From the NCBI GenBank assembly GCA_051362555.1, contig CM120640.1, positions 68,178,788 to 68,242,787 on the forward strand: 64,000 nt of DNA, written 5' to 3'. Below are positions 1-14,000 of the stretch, piece by piece. The notes beneath the pieces were generated by a model. That model made no database searches, was not told the origin of the DNA, and saw nothing but the letters and a program-made list of their open reading frames with translations. Each line of letters begins with the position of its first letter. The first letter of the stretch is position 1. Both the position numbers and the translations under genes were made by a program. Source of the stretch: Lingula anatina (lineage: Eukaryota; Animalia; Brachiopoda).

Positions 1-284
1 TGCTAGATAATTGCTCCAATTTATGCATTTAGAAAGTATTTAGAATATATAAGGGATATGTTTTGTGGATCTTGAATGCAGTGATTTGACAACAGGGATT
101 TTTACTGCACAGCAGACACTGTTAGCATCATACAGACATCTCCAGAAAAATGTGCAATTTTTTATTTTTATTTTTTGTGTTTGTTTGTTTGTTTGTCTGC
201 TTGTTTGCTTCAATAATGCATGCAGGATGGGTGCTCTCAAGAATTGTGTCCATATATTGATAGCAATGATCTATGCTATTCCAG

Positions 285-1140
285 TGATGCGGCTGACCAA
301 GCCGACCATGATGGTATCCCACCCAGTGACATGTGACCAAAGAGATCTCCCCGGCAACACGCTCAACGACATCACTGCCAAAGACCTCGCCACGGACAAA
401 GAGACCCCTTACTTTGGCTTAGGAGAACTGTTGACTCTACCACAGAATTTTGGGTAAGTATTTTATGGTATCCCTGGTATTATTCAAAGCTATCTGATAC
501 TCATGCGGTGATAACTGAAATGGTCACATATGTAGAATATAATCCTTAATAGCATTTTCAGTATTTTCTATTTCAGATTAATTGTAATTGCAATAAACTG
601 TTCTACCATGTGCTTTGTTATTATTAGGACCTTGTGCTGCAATGATATTTTATTTATTCACCTGATGGTGTGTTCTAATATTTGATACATGGCTGATTTA
701 GTGAAAGCATACACTAAGCTGCTAACATTGTACATGAATTTATTGTTTCTATGTATTGTTTGATCACCTGTAAAAAGTATTTTAATGTTTAATCAGCATT
801 GTTTATACTGATATTGATCATCATGCTTTTGTTAGTTTGAGAATGGATAATCTGTTGAAATAGTGGACAAAAATGTCAGTTCCTCAGTAAAAAAAAAAAA
901 AAAGGAAAAGAAAAGAAACATATTTTCAATCAAAAAGCACTCTCCTGAAAGTCTTGAAGAGTTAGCAATGTCACTTTAGTAAAAAGTAAATAAATAAGTT
1001 AACAAACGTTGAGAAAATTCACTGAAAAGACAATAACTTAATCCTTTGTAGCAACATCTTTTTGGGTGAGACCTTCTCCAGCTACATCAGTGTCCACAAT
1101 GACAGCAACCAAGTTTGCAAGGAGATTCTAGTTAAGGTAA

Positions 1141-1181
<41 letters not shown>

Positions 1182-4100
1182 GTTGTGCTAATATAGTGGA
1201 GTGTACACCAGCTTTTATTTTTAATAGAGTATGAAGTCATTGTCATAAGAAATCGCCAATTTTTTTGGGGGGTAAAAATAGTGGATCCTTTTACCCCCTT
1301 TGTTGATCCAATTTGAGAAATGGCATTGGACCTAGTTCAATTTTTGAGGCAAATGGACCTTTCTATCTCCCAAGCCCTTTGGCTATGGCCCACCAGCACT
1401 CCTAGTTTCAGAATGAGCAGGCAAGTCTCGGCAGATAGGACATCAGCCACTAAATATTGATTGCTTGAGCATACATTCTGCTTTTACCAGAATAACTTTT
1501 ATTTAATAGAATTATTAGCAGAAGCTCTCAGAGCTTACTCACACAAATTGCTGCTAATGCCTTGCCTGGATTGGATCAAACTGGTGCTGTTAGACACAGA
1601 GAGTGTGAGCGGTGCTGTAATTGACAGATTCTAGCAACTTTTTTGACACTTTATCCAATTGATGACTGTTTTTTTGTGGCAGTAACTTTTTTTATCAAAA
1701 ATAATTTTATTTATGAAACTTGATGATGATGATAATCTTATCTTTTAAAGTGAAACCCAATTTACTGTTTCATTCTTGTTTACAGTGTTTTTTAAAAAGA
1801 TCTTAAAAGATCATTGTGCTGATTTGACTGCCTTTTTATTACACATTTATAATAAACCAGTGGTAGCCTTTACATTACAAAATTTTTTAAGTGATTCCAT
1901 ATTTAAAAACAATAAAAGAGTAGATCTTTTTTTAAATCTGGAGCCTGCATAAGTGCATGCAAAGGTTTACATTGACTATTTAAAGGACAGTAATTTTGTT
2001 GGCTAATCCACCATGAAATAAAACTTCTATCACAACAATGAGGAGCGACATACAATAAAACTCATTTCCCCTGAAAGATTACTTAATTGTGATTATATAA
2101 GTAGAAGGCCATGGATTATATTTATCTTTCAGAATGATATATACTTGAGGCAATGTATTTCCCCTGATTGTTATTTGCAATTTGCAAGCTACATATAGCA
2201 GCTATTGATGATCTTAGTCATTCTATCAGACCAAATGGTCTCTATTAACAGGGTTATGCTGCCATTAAAATACTATTCCTCCTTTGGCAACTACCTCTCC
2301 AACTGTTACATGACAAAATAATGGAGTCTAGTTATTTGCTGTTACAGTGTACATCATGGTAGGAAATAAGAAAATGTGTAGAATATGGAGTTCTGTGTGC
2401 AGTTTCTATGTTGGGAAATAGACCATTCCTTTGTTGAAACAAGGTGTGAAGTCAGTAGTCTGGGGAATACTTTCTCTTTTTATATGTACTCCAGGTTTTA
2501 AGGTTCATGGCAGCCATCTTCCAATTGCTACCACAACCTTCAATATCTTTTAATAATGGATTTAAACTTAATTAGATCATTTTATCAATGCTGCAAGTCT
2601 TTGTGAACATTCACTACATATGCTTGTTGGATATTTGCCAAACACATAATTTTTAGTAACAAGTCTTCTCTTTTAGTGAAATTTTATAATTCAAGTCAGA
2701 CTCATGTTTGTAGACATAACCTTTTCCTTGAACTTAGACCCCATTCCCACAGATTTTAGATCGATCTATCCCTGTGAGGAGTCTCACTAGATTACTTTCA
2801 GCTTAGCCGGCTTAAGCGTTTGTCCCGCCTACTAAAAGCTGTAAGGGGGAAATTAACTACTGTGCGCGCTTGGCTGACATCAATTTAGCATGAACCCCCA
2901 GGGAGTTAGGTCGATATAGATGGATCGATCTAAATCTATGGGAATGCACTCTTAGCATATAAAAAACATAAGTATTTTGGATGTGTTTCTCCACAGGCTG
3001 ACCTCCAGACCAGTTCCCAGAGGCTGTCATTGTCCAGTGCCCACTCTGAGGCTGTGTCAGAGCTCCAGCCAGAGTGCAGCATAGATGACATCATCCACCA
3101 TGAAGTCAAAGAGCTAGGAACACATATGTGAGTCTGTGCATGTGGGGAACTTACACTTGACTATAACACTTTTACTTGAAAGTATTCATACACAGACTAT
3201 AGTATAGTAGTATACCCATTACTTTTATGATAAAATGGGAGGATTATAATGAATTAAAGCTAAACTACAACACTCTTACCCAAAAGTATTCACCTACATA
3301 CTAAAAAAAGGAAATGGTCATACTTCTATACTTAAAGATAAAATGGGTGCAATATATTTTGGGATAACAGTTGATTATCTTGCAAATTAAATTTCTATTT
3401 AGGACAATTTTGAAAACCAGGCTTCTTACACTTGAGTTTTGTGCATATTAATATCAGTAAAGTAAGATTGGGTTATCCAATTATAATTATGCTTTAAATC
3501 TTGCAAACAGGATTTATCGAAAATAACTGGAAAGATTGATATTATATCATTTTTCTCTGTACACTTTTAGCCTAGTTTGTGCTGTCAGTTACACCACACA
3601 GAGTGGAGAGAAGCTTTATTTTAGGAAATTTTTCAAGTTCCAGGTAAGATTTAAAAAAAAAACTCTTAAAATTTGTAGGAGTGTGCTTAGTTAATATAGT
3701 ATTTCCTAATCAAAGTACAATGCAAAAATACTGAGACAGATATTTAATGAAAATAAATCTGAATACAATAGTAATTTGTTCTTCTAATCCTGTTGCCATA
3801 AAGTATATTATAGTAGTGTTTTCTTTTTGACAAAGGCAGGGAAAAATCACACATGCCCCATAAAAAATAACTTTATATTTGACAGGTCCTGAAGCCACTA
3901 GATGTCAAGACAAAGTTTTACAATTCAGAGGTAAGTTTCAATTGACAAGCAATTTTATGCTTATATTAGGCATGTTTATTGGTTGAAGTGAAATTTTGTT
4001 ACAAATTTTGTATTTCAGTTTGCGTACTAGTTTGTTATCATTTTCTTTGTGATAAATTTATTTTGACAATTTCCAAGAACATGCCTGAAGTCTGGATCAT

Positions 4101-7100
4101 GTCTGGTTATATCTCAGATCCAGTTGTGATTATAAGACTGTATTGTTAAGAATTTCAGATATTGATTTTTAGTAATTTCTTTTTGGCTGCTGCCTTTTTT
4201 TTTACTTGCTCATGACTTTGAAGTAGAGAGCTGTATGCATTAAAGCTGTTTTAGTTGCAAGAGCCCAGAATCTTGGATTTAACTCTGCTGTAAGGTTCAT
4301 TTACCTTGTAAGCAGAAGGAAAAATCTATATTGATTTTTGTTTGTGGAATGACTGTTCCAACTCTGCAGTTTATCAATTCCAAATGCTTAAGTGCATTTA
4401 AACACTGTAGAAGTTAAAGTAGTAGTTCTTAAAACTTAGTGGCATGTGCCTGCTGAGCTTCAGAAGTAAAATCGACGACTTTGTTATTTATAGATCTACA
4501 TTATCATATAGATTGCATTTGCATTGAGTTTTTTGTTTTCTTTTTACTGCATGTTTTCAAGGATTATGTTGTAAGTTTGCATTTTTGTGATGTCACTGTT
4601 ATATTTTGTCTGCTTTCTTAATGATTATGTAAATGATACCTGTATGAAAGTCATGTCTGTTTTTTCACAGAAACTGTTATTAAAATGTACTTTGATCAAT
4701 CAAAATCATGCTTTTGCTTCTCCTTGCAGGAGGTAACTATTGTTAACTGTACAAGTTATAGAGTTACATATTTGTGTGTCATTTGTTCTACAATAACCAC
4801 TCTTTTCTTCACTGCATGTGGTGTGAGGTTTATATTAGGTGGTGGGGCAGTTGTTTCTCTTACACTATATCAGTAGAATCTGTCAATTTAACCATGATCA
4901 TATTATCTGGTTTCCCACTTTACCACTATAATGGTATGCAATCAAGGTCAAGAAATTATTATGGCATTTTTGTCATATTTCTTTGGCAAAGGTTCTTGCT
5001 TTCACACTGATTTATCTTCCAAATATCTGTATATTTTCTTGCTTTTCTGTATTCTTTATATTAATATATGTGGCTGTGTTTCTGTTTTGTGCTCTTTGTA
5101 CTTGATGATTTTGATTATATACTATGCTGACTAAAACTCTGAAATAATCTTTTCATTGATGTAACTTTTAATTTTGATGCATGTTTTTCAGTTTTTAAAA
5201 GTTGAATAAATTAGTAATCTGTGGCAGCTGCTTTACAGATATATTGAAATGGGATTTCCACACTGAAACCTCCATCTCATATATAACAGATCTGGAGTGA
5301 AGTGTGTGTTTAACTAAACTAACAAGTATACCATACTGACCATCTATTAAGAGTAAACTGTATCCACCCACTCCCCCCCCCCCCCCACACACACACACAC
5401 CATCCCCCCCCCCCATTCCCATGACTGTTAAAGGGATTTTAGTTAATAAAAATAACCCAAATTGATTGCATTAAACTAAAATGTATATTAAATTGTATGT
5501 ATTCATTATTATATATATTTCATATTTAAGTAACTTTTTGATAATTATTATTTCAATAAAAAGTTCCTGTTTTCACATTAGCTTTTTATCTTATCTTATT
5601 AATTTTTAGATGATTTAGTTTAAATCTTTTTTGCAGTTTCTTGTATAAGATGGTGAATAAGACCTTAGGTACACATACCAAGCATTATATACAAAATGTG
5701 GGATATTTGTGCATGTATGTATGTTTTTTAAAAGGAGAGAAAAAGATGAAAGAGAAAGTAATAGAGAGAGGAATATTCTTTTCAGTAGTTTTTCACATCT
5801 CCCTTTTTAGTCTGATGAGGTATTTTTGGAGGCACAAATTCAGAACATCACCCCAGGCCCTATCTATGTGGAGAGTATCACTCTGGACCCCTCGGTGTAT
5901 TACACTGCTGTAGAGCTCAATAGTTGTGGAGGGAAAAACAGGCAAGTATAGGAGAAAGAGATGGAGAAAGATAGATAATCAAGTCTAGGCTGGTAGCAAG
6001 CAATTTAAACAGGGTTCTTTTTCTGAAAGTGGAACTTTTTACCCCCTTAGATGACCCAAGTTTAAAAATGGCATAGAACTTGGTTCAAAAGTTTTGGGCC
6101 TTAAGGGTGATTCTTTCTCCCCTTCCCCCTTCCTCCCCCCTGAACCTTCCCTGTCTATAAGCTTTAACTCAAAGGTTTAGATTTGTAGAAAGCAAAAAAT
6201 CTGCAATATATCAGCAATGCCACTTCTGTCCCAGCAGACTTCAAGTTCTAAGCATTAATGATGCTTGATATTTCTTGTGGAAAGTTAAAGTAATTTCATG
6301 CCATGGGTTTGGCTTCAGGCAGCTAGACCCTATTGGCAACCCAGACTCATTCATCAGTGTGAAATGACTGGGCTTAGACTGCCAGAATCAATGAAAAACT
6401 AACCAGAAGGTTAATGGTGCTCCTCATAGACGCGCACTTTAAATGCCCTGATAACAGATGTCAATACACATGGCTGACAATGAGGAAGATTATATTTCTT
6501 CAGTAATTTGATTGATTTTCAAGTACCCAAAATTATTTTTCAAAGGCAGAGCTAAACAGAATTACTGCAAGTTGCCAAAACTGAAATTTCTCATTCTACA
6601 ATATGTTGTGCTGGGCACAACATATTGATATTACCTTGTCTTGTTATTCCTTTCACTAAAACATATTAAGCATTTAAAGATATATATATATGGAGTGAGC
6701 AAAAATGTCCTGTAAGTTATACAAATTATTAGTAACAATTTCTTAAACAACATGAAGGAAAAAAGGCAACCCAGATTAATTTCTTGTGTAGCAGAAAAAG
6801 GCTTTAAAACTCCACCTTCTTCAAATGTCTGATTGTAAATTTGACCAACTTATTTTTCCTCTAGATTATAAGCACAGAGAGTAAACAGAAAAAAAACTGG
6901 GCAAATATCATTTCTTAGGAATTAAGGAAACTAAACAGTGGTGATATAAGTTATAATATTTGAAACTATATGGTGGTACCTGGTTGGGTTTAGTGGCAAT
7001 GATTTTACATAAGTACTCACATATATGTGAGATTTTATTTGTGTTGTTTAAAAAAACTGTTACTTATAATGTGTATGGGTTACAGGGCTTGTTAAAACAT

Positions 7101-9312
7101 GCACCTTTAACTAAAGAATAAGCTTCACAATGTTTACTGCTAACCTGAGTGTATATTCAAAATAAAAAGCTGCTCACTGTAGATCTCTCTGTTGTCAGCA
7201 ATGAGCCAGTGTTTGGTAGTGTGAACTACATCAACCCCCTGGACTCTAGACAGTATCTGTACTGCCTGACCCCCAAGACAGAGATGTACTCAGAGAACAA
7301 AGTGATCAAGGGGGTGACCACCATAGGAAAGCTGGACATAGTGTGGAGAACCAACCTAGGAGAAGTGGGCAGACTGCAGACCAGTCAGCTACAGAGGGTG
7401 GTGAGTGGCGCATGATTCTCAATATGAATGTCAGGGCTCATTCCCTATGAATTTGTTGTTCCATGTAGATCAATCCAGGTACATGAGGATTCTCACTAAA
7501 TGCAATCAGATTAACAGATTAACAGGAGGAGGCATGTTAATCTGTTAATCAGATTAACAGATTAACATGCCTCCTCCTGTTGATCTGTTAAATTGATTGC
7601 ATTCAGCAAGTCCCCACGGAGTTGGATTGATCTGCTAGAATTATAATTCATTAGGAATGAGCCTTAAGTTATATCTTCTCCATCTTCAACAGTACAGGCC
7701 TCATTAATGAAATCAATGACAATCTCAATATATAGGTTGATTGATATTTATATGATTGTTTTAAGAGCTGAATGTGACAGGGAACATTGACTTTGTATTT
7801 GATCTATTTTTTTCTGGCATCCACAAAATCATTTATCTTCCTCAACTAATCTTTCCCATTTAGTTTGTCATTATTTTTATTGAATTTCATTCATTCTCTG
7901 TCAGATTTTTATGTTATTGTCTCTGAATGTGATTAAAAGCAGTAAATTTCTGTCAATACACATTACTTGTCACCTTCTAAACAAATGATCTTTTTTCTCA
8001 AGCACTTTATTTTTTGTATTAGCTTCAGTGTTATTGATATGAAAATAGTAAGTCTGCTATCTTTTGCTCTGTACATCATTTGAACATTTGGTAGACATAC
8101 AGGAAATGATGTACCTTACAAATTAAGGAATGAAAGATTGAATCACTGTCATACACTGGATACTAATGTACAGGTGGTATGAGCTCAGATATTTGGTGTA
8201 TCTCCCTTTCAAGGAACCTTTGTATGACACGCATCATCATGTATAACAGACTGCAAGCTTACACCACCTGCACATCATTATCTAGTATGTGATATCATTT
8301 TCCACTCCTTAATTTGAGTAAAACTACAACTGGATAAATCAAAATATACACAATGAAACTGACAAGTTTTCATTTCCCTGCAGGCCCCTGGCTATGGAGA
8401 CATCAGGTTGTCGGTACAAGCCATCCCAGATGCTGTAGAGATAGAAAAACCTTTCAGTGTCACTTGTAGGATAACAAACTGCTGGTGAGGATAAGATACA
8501 CATTTATTTTCATCTTATTTCTTATAATTTCCTATCACATACTTATAGTTACCTCAAACATGTACTTTCTTATTGAAATAACAGTAAGGATGTACCAGTA
8601 TTGCCCTCATTCATTATTTCTTTAAAAGTATATTTTTTTCTTATTCAAAATCAAAACCTTTCCACGTATAGCACACCATTCCTCAAATTAACTCTCATGT
8701 TTCATTATATGGACTTTCATGTTATATGCTTCTGTTTCTTATATTTTTTCCCAGTGAGCGAGAGATGGACCTACTGTTAGTGCTCCAGAACACCAACAAA
8801 GTAGGTTTGTTATGGTGTGGAATATCAGGCAAACAGTTAGGAAAACTTCCCCCCGGCAGCAGTCTAGACCTACCACTCACTATTATCCCAATCAGTCCTG
8901 GATTACAGGTGAAACACTTATTTAATATTTAAAATGCATTCAGCTGTTAAAAAATTTACTCTCTTGCTATTTTCATTTTATCTTTTTATTATTATTATTA
9001 TTTTTTTTTTTTTTTTGTCAAAAATAGGAGTTCATAATGATTTAGACAATCAATGTACTCTTCATCACCACCATCCTCAAGTCACATTTTCGCCACGCCT
9101 CTCTTTTTGTCAAAAATTGACCTACATAATGTTAATTTATAAGTAGGTTCATTGGCATTTAGGTCATATATATTTGAATTAATATCTAATGATATTTTCT
9201 TTCTTTGTTTCAGACCATTTCTGGAGTTCGCTTGACAGATTCTTTCTTAAAAAGAACTTATGAACTGGATGAAATAGCCCAAATATTTGTGTACAATCCA
9301 GAAATAGAATGA
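285..9312 (+). CDS. TRAPPC13: Trafficking protein particle complex subunit 13 (5'-partial, multi-exon)
   Basis: Exons 285-453, 1052-1136, 2997-3127, 3571-3643, 3886-3930, 5811-5941, 7199-7400, 8384-8484, 8755-8908, 9214-9312 join in frame. They give [99 protein letters not shown], matching TRAPPC13. Stop TGA 9310-9312; exon 1 lies upstream of the window. Confidence 0.96.
1144..1177. repeat. (CT)n microsatellite
   Basis: Run of tc dinucleotides just after the donor of the 1052-1136 exon. Confidence 0.9.
2737..2951. mobile_element. Non-autonomous MITE, PIF/Harbinger-like
   Basis: Imperfect TIRs gaccccattcccacagattttagatcgatctatc / gatggatcgatctaaatctatgggaatgcactc, with TTA on both flanks; inside a TRAPPC13 intron. 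Confidence 0.65.
4562..4570 (+). CDS. TRAPPC13: Candidate 9-nt alternative microexon of TRAPPC13 (DYV)
   Basis: Pyrimidine tract with TGCATG, then ttttcaag|GATTATGTT|gtaagt; phase 0/0 between the FYNSE and SDEVF exons. Confidence 0.6.
4730..4732 (+). CDS. TRAPPC13: Candidate 3-nt microexon of TRAPPC13 (E)
   Basis: tgcttttgcttctccttgcag|GAG|gtaact; strong acceptor with UGC motifs, phase 0/0. Confidence 0.4.
7434..7664. mobile_element. Foldback (palindromic) MITE, Harbinger-like
   Basis: Ends gggctcattcc / ggaatgagcct; nearly the whole 230 bp is self-complementary (caggaggaggcatgttaatctg / cagattaacatgcctcctcctg); flanks TCA and TAA. Confidence 0.75.
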
Positions 9313-11041
9313 AAACTACAGCTCTATGAAAATGCATCATCCTTTTTAAGTGCATAGTGAAAAACTGTTTGATGGGTAATGACAACTCTTCATCCAGATG
9401 ATTTTGTTTTTATCAACAGAAACATTGCCTAAAAACATGCTTAAAAATTCCATTTTGTCTTTATGTGGCTTGCTGGAAAGCTCTTGTCATGTACTTGTTC
9501 ATGTCATTATTAATACAGAATGAGCAAATTATTCATTTGTTTTGCCTATGGCAAGTAATGTATTTTTTAGAAAATAGCCAACATGATTCATTTGAATGGA
9601 TTACTTGTCAGCATAGATATGTGGTGCTCATCTTTCATCGATTGTTAATAAGTGCAATTATATTGTAAATAAATGTAAAGTAACATATGGTGAATATATA
9701 TATATATAATGATGATGTTTTTGAATGTATCCTTTCCCAAAATGGATCAAAATTTCCAATACATATATAAATATTTATTGATAATGATTTGAAGTGTGCT
9801 CCTTCAGCTGTAGGTTACTTGGGATGCCTAAAAGAAAATTCAATCCAGCACGAGGATAGGATAGGATCTGTGATCAATTTATTACTAATTTATCAACACT
9901 TGACAGGAACAGTGTAATAGCATCACAAAATATAATATTTTGCAATGATTCTAAAAAGCATTATGTACCATTCATTCATCATAATCTTTTCATATAGCTT
10001 TTGAGGTTGGTAACATCGAACTTGCATAAAACATACGCCTCTACAGGCATACCTGTCTTTTTGCTCATAAAGGAAACAAACGGCCAGCTGTTAGAATCTT
10101 CTTTTTTCTATCAGTTAAAAATTCCAAGCACCATGCATGACAATGCTCCATTTTCTACCAACAGTTTAACCAAGCCTTTTCATATAGCTTCTAAATTTGT
10201 TCACAGACTTGCACAAAACGTACAACAACAAAGTAAAATGAAAACTAACAGTGCTGCCATCTTTAGGTAGTTTATGTTTGCTAGATGCTGACAAATTGAA
10301 ATGACCAGCACAAAGGGGCAGTGTGCAGGATATTTGTCTTAGATCACATCCTTCTTAAAAATCTTGGTACAAAGGTGCATTTTGTCCTTTTAAACAATGA
10401 AATGACTGTCCCCTTTTATGTGCAGTGCCAATGTAAGCAATGCCTGCAACTGCAAATGTATATTTTATCTTGATTCAGTGATGGTCAGTAATCACAGTGA
10501 TCTGTTCAAGGCCTTGGGGGGGGGTATTTTTACTTTTTACACCAAAACCTTGCATACAGTCCATTTAATTTTGTACATAAGTGAGTGAAAATTTCTTTGA
10601 AATAAAAGAAGAGGCTTACAACATGTCACAACAAACAAAGAGTATAAATGCAAGAACGTGTGTAAACATTCCCACTGTAATGAAGTAGTACATCAACAGC
10701 AGTGAAGCACCATCCTTTGGTTTAAAATTAAAGAACTTTAGTGACAAAGAGAGCAAACAGCCATGTTAAACTAGACGGATATATGCATATAGCCAATCTG
10801 CAGAATAAATTATCATTTCAAGTTGAGACACATACTATTGTTTTGTGGTCTTCATAAGACAAGTAAACACTTAAAATGCCAGTCCTTTTTTCCTTTGATA
10901 AGCTATAAGTTGCCAATTTCACTTCTTGAATGCACAGAGTATAATTCTAACATGAAATGTAATGGTTTGGAAAGTCCACTGTCCCACACCTTCTCTGACC
11001 TCTGACCCTGGCGGATCAGGACTGAATACTGCTGCACTAGA

Positions 11042-14000
11042 TCATGAACTCCCTGGAGGATCTGAAAAAAATTAGGAGAAATTCATTTCAATGCTGCGTT
11101 TTTAGATTATGTGGACAAAAAATGAAAAATATATAAAGATCATGAACTTTCTGGAGGATCTGAGATAATAAGGATAAACTTAGTTCAATGTAATTTAACT
11201 AGCTGCTTGTTTAGATGCTGTGGATAACAAAATGTAAAAGAAAAGTAAAACATCTGTATTCTTATGGGAGAGGGAGAAACAAAATACATCTACAATCTAC
11301 TAAATCCAATGTCTGATAATAGGTCTTGACCCAATTTGGAGGCTGACAACTTCAAATCCACAAAAATAAAAGTTACTAACCTGGATTGTCTGGGTTTGTA
11401 TCATTCTGTGGCTGGCCCTGTGGTGCCCCCTGTGTCTGTCTGCGCAGCATTTCCACTAATTCAGGATTGCTACTCTGCATCTGCTGGGCAAGTGTCTGGC
11501 CACTGTAAATATCAGTGTAATATATGACCACAGGGACTACACAAGACAAGAGAAACCATGCACTGACCACAGATTTTTTACTCAAGTAAAGCCCCCCCCC
11601 CCCCCCCCCCCCTCTTTCCCTGTCCCCACAGGTCCAGGTAGTGGCCATTGTTTATAAGAATATGAATAGGCATATGATTAAAATATTAGTAAACTTTTGA
11701 ACTAAATTTGTATCATTTTAGCATTGTAATTATAAAGAATTTCATATCATATACTAATACATGCAAGGTGCATTGAAATTTATTATAATGCACTTTATAA
11801 GAAATAAACATTACTATTGTTAATTCATATGAGTTACATCTAAATAAAATGTAAAATACAATGGTAAAATACATACGCTGCCAGTAGATTGCTGATCCCC
11901 TCTGGACCTGCCTCCTGTCCCTGGACGCCAGATAAAATGTTGGCCATCCTGCAATATGCCAACAAACACAACTAAGACTGGTGTCTGTGAAAACCAGACA
12001 ACGTCTGCATGCTATACTGGCAGGATGCAGATAAGGCATTCATCAGCCAATACTTGTGCATTTTACCCATGATAAGCAGTTTCACAAAATCACCATTTTT
12101 TCCAATAATTATGGACAACCCCTATGTGCCAAACTTAGCAAGCAGTGGAGTTTTGTTCTGCATCCTGTGTGACTTAACTTAGTTGAATGAAGGCCACACA
12201 CTGCCACTGACTAAGGAAGTGATTAGGACATATTATTGCTTTTAAAGAAAAAAAAACTGTATGTCTACTACAGAATGTCCTTTTACAGTACTTACATTTG
12301 TTGCATTTGTGGATTGGACATCATCTGTGATGCCTGAAATAAAAAATTGTTTCTATTATCAAAAGCAGTAGTATATTAATAAAGCCCGAAGGAAAACTTC
12401 CTTTTTTAACGATAAACATATAGCAATTATTAAATTAAGTTATGAAAATATTATGAGTATTTACTTGCTTAAGAATGATATAGTTTATTTGACAGCCTAT
12501 TACGTCAAAGTTAAAAACAAATTATCAAGAACATGTTTATATTACCATATTCATGAGGGCTGGGTTATTTAGCATTGACGTAAAATCTAATCCGCCCAAG
12601 TTGAAACCAGCAGGACCCTGAAAAGAAAAAAAAAATCAAATCAGAAACTTGAAAGAAAACCTGCCAAGACCGGTAACAATGAATTTTGTAAACCAAGCCT
12701 ATGTGCTCCAAATTGAAGGGAATTTTTGCTGAATACAATCAGATAAACAGACTACCACACTTCTCCAACGTACTTGTATATAAACCAGGCCAGCTTTTTT
12801 AATTCTACTCAACACCAGGAGGCGGCATGTTTGTCTGTTATTCTGATTGCATTCAGCGAAAGTTCCCTAGAATTAGTGCACATTAAGAGACCAACAAAAT
12901 TTATTGTGAACGGCCCCTTTGTCAGACAACACAAGGCTATTAACTGAAAACACATTATTACAAGAATGATCACTCGTATTTTACATAAAATCAAAATAAT
13001 CACTGGCCAAATCAGTAAGACATGCCAAAAAAAAAAAAAAAAAAACTTGCCCTCTGCTGTTGCCTTTCCCTTAAGTTCTGTTCTGCTATATCTAGATTGT
13101 TCTGATAACTTTGGTTAGATGGATCAAACTCCACTGCTTTTCTGTAACATTCTACAGCTTCAGTATGCTCCTCTAGTGTAGAGTGGGCTAGCCTGGAAAA
13201 ATGTAAATCTACACTTATAATGTATCACCTAAAACAAAACTATTTAAAACATATTAAAACAACTGCATACTTAATTTTTTTTTCAATTGAAACTTGGCAT
13301 TATCACTTTTTGCACAGCAAAAATCACTTACCCCTTTCTTCCATATGCTTTGCTGTAATGAGGGTCTATTTTTAAGGCAATATTACAATCTTCTATAGCT
13401 TTTCTATGTTCATTCAATTTGCTGTAAGCTGCAGCCCTGAAAAAAGTACAAATATGGAGTGTTAGTTATTTTGATACTTTATCTAACTGATTTACTATGT
13501 ATTGTAGACATTCTCTTTATTATTTTAATGTACAAGTCAATGTATTCAACTAGAAAATCCATAAATAAAGCCTACCTATTACAATAATACACAGCATTCC
13601 TTCCATCTATCTGAATAGCTTGAGTATAGAACTCCATAGCTTCCTTGAACCTTTCACTTTTCATTAAATCATTACCTAAAATGACAGGTACAATAAAAAC
13701 AGAAACCTGTATATTGCCTGTTGGAGATAAAATATTTTGATCTTCTTCTTGGAAGAATAATTTGTCTGGTGATACATACATATTTATGTATTTGTTATTT
13801 TTACCATATCACAAAAATACAGAGTGCTTACTCTTTATATTTCTTTTTCAAATTTGAACCAACTTTGTCAGCTTCCACCAGGGTTATAACAACTGCACTA
13901 ATTGATTAAAAGATGAACACTGACAAAGTCAGTAGAAATTTTGAAAAGAGAAAGAAAGGGAAAGTAAAATGTAAATATTCTGACTAGTAATTATCTGTGA

